Positions 25,574 to 39,849 are shown, counted from the stretch's first letter. The stretch: 64,000 bases of DNA from Octopus bimaculoides (GCF_001194135.2 NC_068992.1:27460724-27524723), one strand, 5' to 3'. A program made the numbers and translations. Notes: generated by a model not told the origin, from the letters alone.

Positions 25574-26671
25574 AGGACATGCGTAAGCTTGCAAAAAACA
25601 AAGACAGTTTGCTCCGATGGTTGTGTAATGTCAGTGTGCATACTCGACAGACTGTAAGTACCTTGAGAGAAAAGTTAGACCTAAGAAGCATCAGTTGTGG
25701 TGTGCAAGAGAGACGATTGCACTGGTATGGTCATGTGGCAAGAATGGATGAGGATAGCCGTGTGAAAAAGTGCCACACCCTAATTGTTGAGGGAACCTGT
25801 GGAAGAGGTAGACCCAGGAAGACCTGGGATGAGGTGGTGAAACACGACCTTCAAACTTTAGGCCTCACCGAGGTAATGACTAGTGACCGGGACCTTTGGA
25901 AATATGCAGTACGTGAGAAGACCCGGCAAGCCAAGTGAGAGCATAATCTGTGGCCTCTGTCAGAAGTGTAGCCAGCTCACTCATTTATTTCTTTACTTCA
26001 TTGGACACTAAACTCTGCTTGCGAAGACCTGTTGAAGCAAGTGAATTTGAAATCAAAATCGAACCAACTTCGACGACTGGCACCCATGCCAACCTCTCCT
26101 TCATTGGACACTAAATTCTGCCTGTGAAAACTTGTTGGAGCAAGTGAAATCGAAATCATAATTGAACCATATCAGATGACTGGTACCTGTGCCAGTGGAG
26201 CACTAACAGCACTGTCCGAGTGTGATCATTGCCAGAGCAGCTGTATGGCTTCCATGCTAGTGGCCCGTATATAGCACCATTTGAGCATGATTGTTACCAG
26301 TGTTGCTTTACTGGCACTTGTGCCGGTGGCACGTTAGAAAATCATTTGAGCAAGGTCGAGCGAGGTTGTTGCCAGTGCCACTGGACTGGCTCCTGTGCAG
26401 GTGGCATTTTAAAAAATACCATTTNNNNNNNNNNAAAAATACCATTTTGAGCGTGGCTATTGCCAGTACCGTGTGACTGGCCCTCATGCCAGTGGCACGT
26501 GAAAGCACCCACTACATTCTCGGAGTGGTTGGCATTAGGAAGGGCATCCAACTGTAGAAACTCTGCCAGATCAGATTAGAGTCTGGTGCAGCCATCCGGT
26601 TCACCAATCCTCAGTCAAATTGTCCAACCCATGCTAGCATGGAAAGCAGACTTTAAACGACGATGATGATG

Positions 26672-26672
<1 letters not shown>
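25570..26672 (+). mobile_element. 5'-truncated RTE-clade LINE: RT C-terminus, 3'UTR and (GAT)n tail
   Basis: ORF 25579-25938 WYGHVARM...GRGRPRKTWDEVVKHDL; tail catgctagcatggaaagc...gatgatgat. Confidence 0.9.
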
Positions 26673-26705
<33 letters not shown>

Positions 26706-26967
26706 ATATTATATACACTGGATGCAGCAAATACATTTCCCCATTACTTAAACATAATACATCATGCATTCCAGTTGAGAAAAGGTTAAGTGCTATGGTG
26801 AAATCAAAGGGTGGGCATTTTAAATTGTAAATATATGTAAAATATTGTCAATAAATATAACAATCAACCTGTAAACTTTCATTAACCAAAACCTAAAACA
26901 TTTTATTTTATGATAAAATGAATAATGGGTAAATATATATATGCCACACTCAGTGTATGTATGTACA

Positions 26968-27014
<47 letters not shown>

Positions 27015-27018
<4 letters not shown>

Positions 27019-27368
27019 GCCCGGTGGCATGTAAATAGCACCATTTGAGCGTGATCGTTACCAACGTCGCCCTCCTGGCACTTGTGCCAGTGGCACGTGA
27101 AAAGACACTCGAGCAAGATCGTTGCCAGTACCGCTGGACTGGCTCCTATGCAGGTGGCACGTAAAATACACCATTTCGAGCGTGGCTGTTGCTAGTACCG
27201 CTTGACTGGCCTTCATGCCGGTGGCACTCTTGGAGTGGTTGGCGTTAGGAAGGGCATCCAGCTGTAGAAACTCTGCCAAATCAGATTGGAACCTGGTGCA
27301 GCCATCCGGTTCACCAGTCCTCAGTCAAAGCATGGAAAGTGGACGTTAAACGATGACGATGATGATGA
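27015..27368 (+). mobile_element. RTE LINE 3'UTR/tail fragment
   Basis: Near copy of 26270-26672, ending in gatgacgatgatgat. Confidence 0.85.
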
Positions 27369-27589
27369 TAATATATATATATATATACTCACACACCATC
27401 ATTGTTTTTATATTCACTTTTCCATAGGTCAGAAAGAATTTATTAAGGCAAATTTCTACAGCCAGATTCCCTTCCTGTTGCCAACTCTCATTTGCTTCCA
27501 AGCAAGGTAATTTTTTTTCCATGGCTGGACATGTTTACACAACAGATTGCTAATGAAGGACAATAACAGTGACTCACAATGCTCATATA

Positions 27590-27620
<31 letters not shown>

Positions 27621-29139
27621 GTAAGAGTACAAGAAATAATATTAATGTGTATGATGTGATCAGTAACTCCAGCTTTTAGAATATCCTTTGCAGGTGCAAT
27701 GTGAACTGGCTTAAATTTTCATCTGGCCTTTTGAAAAATAATTTCACTATTTTTAACACATCAACATGTTTTTATGCATTATTGTTATCTATTATTATTT
27801 CATGTAGTATTATTTATTATTATTACCATCATATTTTATTATATGAGGTGGATAGGAAGAATTGATAGAATAGTAGATTTGTGTGGTATTTGATTAAGAT
27901 CCTTTATCTTTTGATTTCAAATCTTGCTCATATTAAATTTGTCTTTCATCCTTCAATGGTTGATAAAATAAGTACTAGTGAAGTACAGAGTATAAATTGA
28001 TTATATCCTTGCAGACAATGCCCCAACTTAGCTTATTAATGTTTTTTATTTTTTATACCAATCCCTTTGAAACCGCCTATGTTTGTTTGATAATGCTTGT
28101 GTTAAAGGGTTTATATCTAAATTAAAACCATCTTTCATAATTTATATATGCACATTTAGTTATGTTCTAAACAACAGCTAAATAATGAAAAATTTAGTTA
28201 TTTCACTAAATCACTTCAAATTAATTGAGACACATAGGCTTTGTATTTCCTTGGAAATGGGCTCACAAAATTGTTAAATGAATATTTGTTAAAGTAATAA
28301 AACGTCAATTTTTCTCTAGATTTTTGTTTTAACTAGAGCTCCTATTTTATTACTGAAGTAATTTTTTAAGCAATAAGTAAATTCAATTATTTTTGTTTTT
28401 AATTTTCTTTAATTACATGACCTAATTGAAAAATAACGAAAACTTGCTGGAAGAATTATCTCCCTTGGAATTACAATTTTATATTTCACATGAAATCGAA
28501 TGTGAGCTTTTACTAGATTTCATTCACGCACGCACGCATGCACAGGAAATAATAAGGGTGGGTTGAAAATGCGCTAAATTCATATCTATGTATTTCAGTA
28601 AAACCAGTTTTATTTTTTCACATAGAAAATATAGATCTCTATTGAATATCTATACAAGAAAAAAAAATAAGGATACGAAATTATTTTCACCTGAACAATG
28701 TTTACAAACATATAAGTAATGCATGCCCGAATATTTTATATTGATAACTTCAACATCACTTCTTACTCTTACTTTCTTGCTGAGAACAAGCTTTATCAGT
28801 ACATTCATATTAAAACAAATGTTGTACATAAAATTAAATGAGCGTAAGGAAAGCTAAAAAAAAAAAAAAAAAAAAAGGATCAGTGGATGAAGCCCTTAAA
28901 TTTATTTCTAAATAAAATATTTGTTTGGCTAACAGATTAACTTACTTTACATTAAGTCCGATTGACCAGAGCTAGCCTGAGTTTAGCATAAATAACAAGC
29001 TTTGTGTGTTCAATAGTCATACAGTTAAATTAGGTTGACAAGTTGTCCATGCTAGGAATGTCTATCATGAGTAGTAATTCAAAGACTCAGCTTGGTGTAA
29101 ATTTTATTTTCCTCATGTAACAGTACTTTTTCCCTGAAT

Positions 29140-29221
29140 TGCAGTTCATATCAGCATCAACCAATACACACACACACACACACGTGTGTGTGTGTATTGG
29201 TTGATGCTGATATGAACTGCA
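29140..29221. repeat. Palindrome centred on (CA)n|(TG)n
   Basis: tgcagttcatatcagcatcaaccaatac(ac)n | (gt)n attggttgatgctgatatgaactgca. Confidence 0.9.
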
Positions 29222-30369
29222 CACACACACATGAGTGTGTGTATGTGAATATCATCATTTTATGCTCACTTTCCATGATAGCATTGGTTGGGAGGGTAGC
29301 ATGATCCAAATCAGTGCTTAATCAGAGTAACCACTCTCCTAGGGTACCATGTATTATTCATACATTTTGACGTGGTTTCTACATCTGAATACCCTTCCTA
29401 ACACCAACCACTTTACAGAATGGTACCCGGTGCATTTTATCATAACACTACCTCTACCAGTAATAGAAAATTTGTCACATCTTCAATTAGGGTCCTCTCA
29501 ATACTGTTGTCTCCACTCATTTACCAACCACATTACAGAGTATAAATAATGCATTTTATTGCAGCACCTGCATTATTGAGGTTGCTTTGTACCTTGGAAA
29601 AGAAAAGGAGTCTTTAATTGCTCTGTATTGTCTCCGTTCATTTAGGGCAATGAGAGCATTATGAGAGAGAGAGAGAGAGAGAGAGTAGAAGAGGACAGAA
29701 GACAAAATCATTAGAAGAAGAAAGAAGTAAGAGGATGATGGAGCGGACAGCAGAGTGAGGGGGGGGGATAATGTGGAAGTGGAGAGAAAGATGAGAGTGA
29801 TAATGCAAGAAGTATTACTAGAAGACAGACAGTAAAAGGCTACCTGTGTTCATCTCCTACTATTTCCACTCCTATGTACTTCTAACCTCTTACACACAAT
29901 CATCATTATCATTTAACATATGTTTTCTACACAAGCATGGGTTGAGTAGTTCAACAGGGGCTGGTGAGCTAGAGAAATGCACCAAGCTCCAATATCTGCT
30001 TTAGTATGGGTTCTATGGCTGGATGCCCTTCCTAATCCCAACCACTTTATAGTGAACTGGGTGCTTTATATGTGATACTGACACTAGTAAGGTTTCCAAG
30101 TAACTCACAAGACATGGCAAGACCCTTGAACTGAAGTAGGTTGAGTAGTATTGAGTAGTATTGAGTAGTATTGAGTGAGGTAGTATAATGCCAGGTGATG
30201 AGATGTTAAAGTATGAAAGAAGGACAGGAACAGGTGTCTTGCTTATAGGAGAGATACATGGTTACCCAGCTAGGAGAGGAGGAGGATGGTGGTGAAGATG
30301 TGTCAGGACATATCTCAGGTTACAAAAAAGTGAGTAAAGAGAAGTGATATCAGTGGGTAAGTTAGTTAC

Positions 30370-30612
30370 AGCAAACTGCCAGTCATCTCAATCCTTTATG
30401 ATCTCCATGAGGCTCAACATCGGGAGATCATTCTTCACCATTTAATCCCCTGTCTTCATGGATCTTCCTCTTCCACAAGTTCTGTCCACATTTGGCAATT
30501 AGCACTTTTTAATGCAGCTGCCCTCATGCATACGCAACATATGACCATACTATGTGCAGTCTTCTCTATTGCACACTACATTTAAAGCCTCGTATGTCCA
30601 ATTTTTCTTTCA
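30370..30612 (-). mobile_element. RTE LINE RT C-terminal fragment
   Basis: Reverse complement matches 25670-25900; continues into the 3'UTR copy at 29905-30370. Confidence 0.7.
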
Positions 30613-32574
30613 ACACACACACACACACATACACAGAGAGAAAACCATGACATGTATAATCACTTTCAAAATTGAATTTCATTTGAAACTTTGAATTCTT
30701 TAAATAATGTAAAAGTCCACATGTGTAGTATTAAATGTGAAGTCTTGGGAGATAAACTCTCTAAAAGCTGCAACCCTTATACATTTTTCACCTCTTCTAG
30801 CTCGAGAGTTGGTATCTATTATTTCTCACATTACATCAAAAAACTTAACTATGAAATGAAATCAAAGACCTAATCTATCTATAATATTATTCTGCGACTG
30901 TACAACTGTGTTGGTTAAGCCTGAGCAACTCTTATCATGCTGCATTACATCCTTATTTTCATATCAGAGAAAAGTCATATGGCTAGTTTTGAATCCACAG
31001 TTCCAGTGAATGAAGTATAGCAGTTGACCCATGTATTAGTAATATAAGGGCAGGCATGGCTCTATAGTTAAAATGCTTGCTTTGTAATATGATTCTTGGT
31101 TAGGTCCCACCAAATAACACCTTTAGCAACTCTTTTACTTTAGCCTTGAATTGATTAATACCTTGAGTGAAATTTGCTGGGCAGAAACAGCATGAAAGCC
31201 CATCAAATATAAATGTGTGTATGCTTTCCTTTTACACCACATAAGACCAGTTATATTGCTGGTATACCATAGCATAGAGTTTGATACAAATAAAATACAA
31301 ATTAGTAAAATAAGTATAAAACGTAATTGTAGTTACTGGTGTCTATAAACTCAACTAAACCCTTGAAGGTGGTATCCCAATATGGCCACAATCTGAAACT
31401 TGTAACAGACTAAAGGAATCAGGATATATAAATACCAGACCTAATTTAATTTATCTATTTATATTATTATAATTATAGCAGTTATGTTATAATATTTACA
31501 AATATACTTGATACAAATGAGTCTTTAGTTTCTCCATTACTTTATAGCTATAGAAATTCTGACTCAACAAAGAATATCATGTGACCCATGCAAAGATGAT
31601 GGCAACAACGATGATATCTTTATATATGTATGAATAAAGATGTGTATAAATACATATATCTATACTATAATGGAGAAAGCAGCTTATTAATTAGATATGT
31701 AACAGTTACTAAAAGTACTAAAAGAAAGCAATTATTAAAAGGGTTGACCATCTGGAAATATTTTTATAAATTCATGTTCTCAGAAATTTCCTATAATTTC
31801 AATTTCTCAAGTTTATTGAATTTTTTAACTTCAATTTCTCACAAATTTAAATATTCATTGCACTCTCTGCATCCAATTCTTCACAAATTTAAATATTCGG
31901 TTTCAATGTTTTCATTTCAAGTTTTAATTCGCTATTTGAAAAACCGACAATTTATTCTATTAATGTAAAAACATTATTTATTGAATGAAATTTTTTTTAA
32001 ATACCTGTATAATTTTTGTGACAAAAAATTTGAAAGTGATTTTGTTGTTACAGATGCTTGGAACGCCATAAGCCTTACAATTATAACTATCCGGACTGAT
32101 TTTGGTCATTGTCTTTTTTAACTTAAAAACCATGGGAGGAACCCTCTCTCTCACACACACACATACACTGCAAAGCTTGCAGATGGGCTGCTGAACTGAA
32201 CTCTCTATGTTGCTTTGAGGGGAAGGTGAAATTTGAGAAGCTGCTTCTCCCTCTGTTGTTGAACTACAGTGATGTTTGCTTAAAAAAGAGATATTATGAC
32301 TGTGATAAAATAATGAAGGCAATATTTACAAAGCAAGTGAACACTATAATACAAGGAAATAATTAGATGTAAAATATCATAATAATTATTAGAATTGGGA
32401 ATCAAAAGTGAAAATATTATTGAGGGGCTAGCAGAAAACTGCCTGGAGGGCAGTCTTTCTGCTAGTGTATACAATACAGCTAGCTGTCACTTGCAAGCAA
32501 GTATGGCTTGGAAATATACATGAAATTAAGTACCTTACTCAAAGACACAATCTGTTGTCTGACTGGTCCTCTAC

Positions 32575-32790
32575 TTGATTTCAAATTTTGGCACAAGGCC
32601 AGCAATTTTAGGGGAAAGAGTAAGTCAATTATGTCGACCTCAGTGTTCAACTGGTACTTATTTCATCAACCCCAAAAGGATGAAAGACAAAGTCAACTTC
32701 AGTGGAATTTGAACTGAAAACATGAAGATGGATGAAATGCCGCTAAGCGTTTTGACCAGTCTGCTAATGATTCTGCCAGCTCCCCACCTT
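32575..32790 (-). mobile_element. 220-bp SINE copy
   Basis: Reverse complement of the 10151 family. Confidence 0.8.
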
Positions 32791-32859
32791 CCTTAGTCCT
32801 CTAACTAAACCCATGACTTTATGGCAATGAACTGAAACTCTAAACACTAGGCCACACAT

Positions 32860-32892
<33 letters not shown>

Positions 32893-35128
32893 AAATAATG
32901 GATGCATCAATCTATTTTCCTCACGAAAAACAGTTTTAATTTACATTCTTAATTTCATAGTTCACTCCACTTACAAAAAATTAGTTTTGTTCCATGACAT
33001 AAATAGTTTGAATAAAAGCAGACTATATCAACCATTGCAAATACCGCTCGAAAACCTCAATGCAGAATTATATATTGCAAACTGAGTAATTAATATGCAA
33101 TGGAAATATTTCATTTCTAACACTTTTATGAATGTTAACTTTTTCTAGTAATTTAAGAGTCCTTTTTCTCAGTTCCTTACACTTAACTATGTTTGAATTG
33201 TCCAATTTTTCATTAATCATCTTTTTAAAATTTCATTTGAGCTTTTACTATATCACAAAGTTAGTGGATTGACAGAATTCACTGCCTTTGTCATAACTAT
33301 ATATTTAATTATGACCTTTTACATTTTCTGATCAAATCTCACCACTGTCTTTTTGACTTTCCTCCATCCAAGGTTGATTAATTAAGTACCAATCAAGTTT
33401 TGGGGTTTACTATAATCTTCTGATCTCCTGCTCCCAAAATCTGAGTTCTAACAGCTTTGTTACAAAAAAAGGAAAAAGAAAACATATCTTTCATTTGTTT
33501 CAGTCAATGCTGGAACATTGCTTTGAATGATTTTTAATTGAACTAATTGACCTCAGAACTTATTTTTAAGTCTGATACTTATTCTATCAGGTCACTTGCC
33601 AAATATCTAAATTATCTTTGTATAAGATAGTTTTACAACACTAGTACAAATTAAAGGAACATTAATAACTTTCAAATATTTACCATTACATTTTCTCAAT
33701 GCATGCCATTTTATTCAAAATCTGCATACATTTTATTTACAATTTTTTTCTATTTCATAGATTCATCCAAAGATTGAAAATGAGAAATTTAACTTAATTT
33801 GTGAAAATTCAACTTACAACAAATTAATATGCACCCACATGTGGACTATACATATCTCAAAGGAATAGGCTGGATTGTATATATACCTCAAAGGGATAGC
33901 CATGTTACATGCTAGGTTATTTTCCTATTGCATGGGATTGAAACTAACATGAAATCCATTTACTTTAAAAATTATGTAGTCATATATATAAACACACATA
34001 CATCATACATTGAGAGAAAGTGTGTGCATGTGTGTGTGAGTGTGTGTGTTTGTGTGCATGAGTGTGCACATGCAATGTCTACAAGTAAATGCACAAGAAC
34101 ATGAATGAATAATGCATTTCCCCATGTCTAGTTCAACAAAATGCATTCACTCCCATCAGACAAACCTCAACTGGTCATCAAAGAGACATTATATCACTCA
34201 GTCCTTAGTATGACCTTATTGCTTTGACAATGTTATCCAGAGGGAAATACAGTAATAGATATTGTTAACTCAAGCACACATAATAAGTGCAAAGACTACA
34301 ATTAAGATACAAATATATGAAATAAAAGGAAGCCAACAGATTGATATTTCATCCACATAGTCTCATGTGTAATTCATCTGCATGTAGAGGAGTTGTATTA
34401 TGATCAAATAGAAAAAATTATTTTTATGCTAAATTAAGCATATAATTTGTAACAACTGATGCATATTAAACAATTTTGGGTTTCCATTGTGCATTATATT
34501 TTAAGAATTCTGAATAATATATTAGAAGAGTGGAGTACAAGATGAATTGGTTTAGTATCACAAATGTGGTAAATTGAAGATTACACAATGTGTGAAACCT
34601 TCATATTGTGGTATAATCTTTTGATAAATCAACAATCTTCCATATGTGCTGCAGTGTTTCAAATATCACTGAATAAATTCTTTAAAAAAAGGAAAGGAAA
34701 GCTAACTTTATTCTCACAAAATAAAGGCTCCATCATAAAACACATAACAATACTGGAAAACAACACATAAAATTTCAGCATCAAATAAATATTTAATAGA
34801 AAACCCAATCTGAAAAAATTCAATATTATATTTACTAGTGAAATATTGCTGTCATAACCAGTATAATTCGGAAGGCTGTTGTTGATCTATGTGTAATCTA
34901 TAAGATAAAATATGTACATATGCATTTATGCAAGGTGTGTTTGTGTGTCGAAACGCCGGTGTTAAAACGTGGGTAGCTGATGAAATAGAATGTTCTCTAT
35001 GTGGCTTGTGTGTTTTCTCGTCTACGTTTGTTTGCAATGTCCTGTACCCAGATATGCACCTATACATACAGGTGGATGTCGGTATGCACATACCTGTACA
35101 TATATATGCATATACTCATTTACTATTT

Positions 35129-35160
<32 letters not shown>

Positions 35161-35740
35161 NNNNNNNNNNNNNNNNNNNNNNNNNNNNNNNNNNNNNNNN
35201 NNNNNNNNNNNNNNNNNNNNNNNNNNNNNNNNNNNNNNNNNNNNNNNNNNNNNNNNNNNNNNNNNNNNNNNNNNNNNNNNNNNNNNNNNNNNNNNNNNNN
35301 NNNNNNNNNNNNNNNNNNNNNNNNNNNNNNNNNNNNNNNNNNNNNNNNNNNNNNNNNNNNNNNNNNNNNNNNNNNNNNNNNNNNNNNNNNNNNNNNNNNN
35401 NNNNNNNNNNNNNNNNNNNNNNNNNNNNNNNNNNNNNNNNNNNNNNNNNNNNNNNNNNNNNNNNNNNNNNNNNNNNNNNNNNNNNNNNNNNNNNNNNNNN
35501 NNNNNNNNNNNNNNNNNNNNNNNNNNNNNNNNNNNNNNNNNNNNNNNNNNNNNNNNNNNNNNNNNNNNNNNNNNNNNNNNNNNNNNNNNNNNNNNNNNNN
35601 NNNNNNNNNNNNNNNNNNNNNNNNNNNNNNNNNNNNNNNNNNNNNNNNNNNNNNNNNNNNNNNNNNNNNNNNNNNNNNNNNNNNNNNNNNNNNNNNNNNN
35701 NNNNNNNNNNNNNNNNNNNNNNNNNNNNNNNNNNNNNNNN
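35161..35740. other. Assembly gap (others: 5824-6111, 12471-12526, 26425-26434, 36262-36271, 49447-49456, 60782-61094)
   Basis: N runs. Confidence 1.
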
Positions 35741-35799
35741 TTTTTAATACTTCTTTTATTTTTAAAAATTAAGATAAACAAAGTCTTTTTTAAAATCTA

Positions 35800-36140
35800 A
35801 AATATACTCTCCTTAATTTTCTACAATGCTCTTCCATCTATATGGCAGACTTGCAAGGCCCCTCTTCCCATATTCACTTGTCTGTGATGAAAAATACTCC
35901 TCCAGTACTGTTCTGACCTCATCTACAGAATTCATATTTTTTCTGTCCAAATGATTTTGAAAACTGTGGAATAAATAATAATCAGATGAGGCAATGTCTA
36001 CTCTAGCCTTTGGAAGGTCATCCTCACTGTATATGGCCAAGTGTTATTCTGGAAGAACATCTTTCATCTTGAAACCAAAGATGGTCGTTTTTCTTCTAGC
36101 ACTGACATAAGCCGCTCAAAGCTGCTCACAATAGATCTCC
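35800..36140 (-). mobile_element. Mariner transposase C-terminal fragment
   Basis: DIASSDYYLFHSFQNHL (similar to YSPDLAPSDYHLFRSLQNHL) and RKRPSLVSR. Confidence 0.85.
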
Positions 36141-36149
36141 CTTGTTATC

Positions 36150-36720
36150 ATTTGGTTTCAGTTTAGCTCAGCTACTGGGAAAGGCTGAAACAGCTAAGAC
36201 TCTACTCCCTGGAGAGAAGGCGGGAGAGGTATGCAGTAATATACATCTGGAAGATCCTGGANNNNNNNNNNCGGGAGAGGTATGCAGTAATATACATCTG
36301 GAAGATCCTGGAAGGAATTGTGCCAAATTTTGGCATTGAAAGCTACACTAATGCCAGAACGGGACGACAGTGCATAGTGCTAAAGATCCCAGCAACACCA
36401 TTGTGCTTCAGGACCAGTTACTGCAACAGCCTGGGTTTCAGGGGCCCACAGCTTTTTAATATTCTCCCAAAGAGCCTGAGGAACCTGCACAAAGTAGATG
36501 TAGGCGTTTTTAAATCAAAGCTGGACCTCTTCCTGTCGAGAGTCTCAGATGAACCTACCTCATGGCAAGAGGTGCAAATGAGGGTAGCTACATCAAACTC
36601 CATTCTTCACCAAGTGCCACATATTGGAGGAGGCTCTCAGTAATAACAGTGTAGCAAAACGGTGGTGCATCAGCATGGCCACAGCTCTGAGTTGAAACTA
36701 CAGAAAAAAAATTATATAAA
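36150..36720 (+). mobile_element. CR1/L2-clade LINE 3' end
   Basis: YWERLKQLRLYSLERRRERYAVIYIWKILEG...RGPQLFNILPKSLR...FKSKLDLFL. Confidence 0.85.
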
Positions 36721-36767
36721 TAAATAAATATATATATAAATATATATAAATAAATATAAATATATAA

Positions 36768-36801
<34 letters not shown>

Positions 36802-36809
36802 GTGTGTGT

Positions 36810-37880
36810 GTGTTTTAAGAGAAAAATTGGATGTAAGAGGCTTCAGTTGTAGTGTGCAAGAGCAATGTGAAGCATATGAAGAGAACAGCTGCATAAAAAA
36901 GAGCCAATCTCCAATTGTGGTGGGAACCTGGAAGAGGTAGAGCCAGGAAGACACGGAATGAATTTGGTAAGAAATGATCTTCAGATGTTGAGCCTTACAG
37001 AGAATATGACAAGGGACCAAGGCAATTGGCAATTTGCTGTACTTGAGAAGACCCATCAAGACAAGTAAAATTATGGTCTTACAGGCGTGATCTTTATAGT
37101 TATGCCCTACCCCAACACACACCGCTCAATCTGTTCCCTGTCAAAACTCTTCCACAACCCGTCTTACCAACACCTCCCTTCCTGCAACCAAGATCAATTC
37201 CCACTGCATGCCCCTCCACACTCTCTCGTGCACTTATCTGCATGCATACTCTCCATCCCCTTACATATCTATCATAGCCCTTCCCCCATCCACAGCAATT
37301 TCTCTCACCATCACTTTCTACGGTCACCTCTTCCCCATCTTTAAAAATCTCCCCTCACACTCTTATGAAACATCCCCTTCTATCCTCTCAATATCACATA
37401 TTCACTCCTACTATACCTTGTAAGTCCCTCCTGATACATCTCCACCACCATCTATTTCTCTCACTGTCTGTCTATTTTTCTCTCAAACTACCTCTCTTTC
37501 CTCCCCTTTCTTTACTTAATGAGGTAGCTAGGTATCTCCTCTATAGTAAGACATCTATTTCTATCTCTCTGTTATACTTTAACCTCTCATCTGGCACAAA
37601 GTCACTTCCCTCATGACTGCTCCTTCTCCCAGGGGTCTTTGTCAGGCAAGTTACTTGGTGACACTACTAGTGCTGGTGCCATGTAAAAAGCACAGTGTTG
37701 GCATCACATAAAAAGCACCCAGTGCACCCTGTATAGTAGTTGGCATTATGAAGGGCATCAAACCATAGAAACCATGCCGAAACGGACAATGGAGTATGGC
37801 TCAGTTCTCTGGCTTACTAGCTCCTGTCAAACTGTCCAATGCATGCCAGCATAGAAAACAGATGTTAATTGATGATGATG
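36810..37880 (+). mobile_element. RTE LINE 3' end with CT-rich 3'UTR and (GAT)n tail
   Basis: Decayed REKLDVRG...GRGRARKT; the 3'UTR recurs reverse-complemented at about 2545-3540, 29905-30370 and 55600-56300. Confidence 0.75.
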
Positions 37881-38089
37881 ATATACAAAGACACACACAT
37901 GCACATATACACAACTTACATAAATGTGCATGCCAACGCCCCACCCCACCCACATCTATATTGAGAGAGAGAGAGAAATATCTGTGTGTGTGTGTGTGTG
38001 TGTGTGTGTTTATTATAATCACTTTCATGTTTGCTTTTTCATGCTCGCATGGGTTGGACAGATCTTCAACACAACATCTTGCTGTTTGT

Positions 38090-39400
38090 TGCATCCCTTT
38101 GTTATCTATGATTCACCACTTCTTCCCATGTACACCTTGGTCTTTCTCTTCCACAGTTTCCATCCAGTTGGATCCTTTGGCATGTCTTTACTCATCTGCT
38201 CTCATCCATATACATTACATACCCGTACCAATACAGCCATCTCTCTTACACACTCTTATATCCATTTTTTGTCTTCTCTCAGCTCATAAGTACCACATTG
38301 CTCATGCACAATGATATTACATATTCAGCATAGCATGCTTGTTTCAATTCTCCCCAAACTCCACATATTCTCTAGATTCTGTGTCCACGTCTAATAATCA
38401 TGCAGTATTGTACTTTCAACACAAGCCCTTTGCTTGAAGAGAGAAACCCCTTGTTGCTAGCATATGTAATAGCTCCCTGAACTTATTCTATCTTGTTCTT
38501 ATTCTGTCTACTTCGCTTTCAGTGCAGTCACCTACACAACTGATTAGGTCTCTTAGGTAACAGAAGCTGCCAAATACTTCTACGGAACATTTTAAGTACT
38601 GAAATGAACTTATTTTACTAAAACTCTCACTGCTACATCCTGCTCTACATCTGCCACTTACAAAGTCTTTATTCATTGTCAGCCAGTGCAGCTTCTGTGC
38701 ACCTATAGTTTACATAAGGTACACCATATGAAATTCCTTTTCTGCACAGCCATTTTCCTGATAGCAACAGAGTCCTTCTTTCCTACTAATTTAAATTTCA
38801 GAATTTACCAAGTTTACTCTGCAGCATCTTGATTCTAAGGCTTTGCTTAGACATTTGGAATTTCTTGTCTATGTCTTCAACAGACTCTGCAATAGGAACA
38901 CAGCCATCAGTAAACCTGAGTTCCTACAGACAGCCTCAGTTGTGGCTTGGAGAACTAAAATGAATATGAGGAGACTGAGCCTTGGTCAACACTTATCTGC
39001 ACACTAAACTACTCACTGAAGCCAACTCTCACTTGCTGACTGCATCTCTGTGCATGGTTTGCACTGCTCTCATTTATTAACACCTAGCTTTCTTAAAGAC
39101 CAACGAACTACACATCATGGTATCCTATCAAAGGCCCTCTGCAGATCAACAAATGTTGAATAAAGAAATTTAGTTTCAGCTAAAGACTTTTCTTACAGAG
39201 AGAGCATCAGAAGTATATTCGACCTTGCACAAATCCAAATTACATCTCATGTTTCTTATTCTCTTCCTAATCAAAACTTGTTCCATTACTCTTGTAATTT
39301 TGTCCATCAATTTGATGATGCCTCTGTAGTTGCTTATTTCTAAAGCATCTTCTTTACCCCTTACAATCAACAGTTGGTTATTATACTGCTATGATACTGG
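38090..39400 (-). mobile_element. Decayed RTE LINE RT region
   Basis: GKEDALEISNYRGI...KLMDK (39176-39370), then RT C-terminal remnants down to about 38100. Confidence 0.8.
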
Positions 39401-39849
39401 GTATGATACTTCCCTGCATTTATTACCTGGTTTACTATGTGAGCAACTAGCCTGAGCCCAACCCTACCAGATTTTTCAGTATCTCAGTGACTATATCTGA
39501 TGGACCTACTGTTTTCCCATCTTCACATCCATTTTGACCATACAGCTGCCCACTTCAGTAGCTGGTCCCTCTATTCAATATACTTGAAATAGTTTCTCTT
39601 CCTCCCACAACACATTTTCTGTATCCATAAGAGAAACTAAATCTATTCAAGTAAACCCAAGAAAGGGATCACCAAATGAAATTGACATAAAATCAAAATG
39701 GTCATTAATGGTATGAAGATGGGAAAAGTAGTCAGATTATCAGGGACAGTCACTGATGATACTGAAAATATCCAGCAAACTCCAGAAAATATCCAGCAAA
39801 CTAGCCATTCATAGTCAATTGGGTAGTACAGAAATCTCAATCTCAATGA

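Noticed and set aside
27428-27507. Open exon-like segment with ag/gt ends
   Set aside because: Lies within a dispersed repeat also present at 61770-62010; exonisation cannot be shown
30140-30176. Short direct repeats (GAGTAGTATT)x3; also (GTATATAGGAATAT)x3 near 54275-54310
   Set aside because: Simple slippage duplications without spacers; not CRISPR-like
34940-34990. Hammerhead ribozyme (GAAAC and CTGATGA motifs)
   Set aside because: Flanking helices do not pair in any permutation I tried; other CTGATGA hits also lack stems
34928-35800. Long ORFs in the ORF track
   Set aside because: Artefacts of N-runs and microsatellites; same for ORFs at 5.6-6.1, 41.0-41.3 and 60.6-61.8 kb
36221-36312. 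41-bp tandem duplication
   Set aside because: The copies flank a 10-N gap, so this is an unmerged contig overlap; likewise 26411-26445
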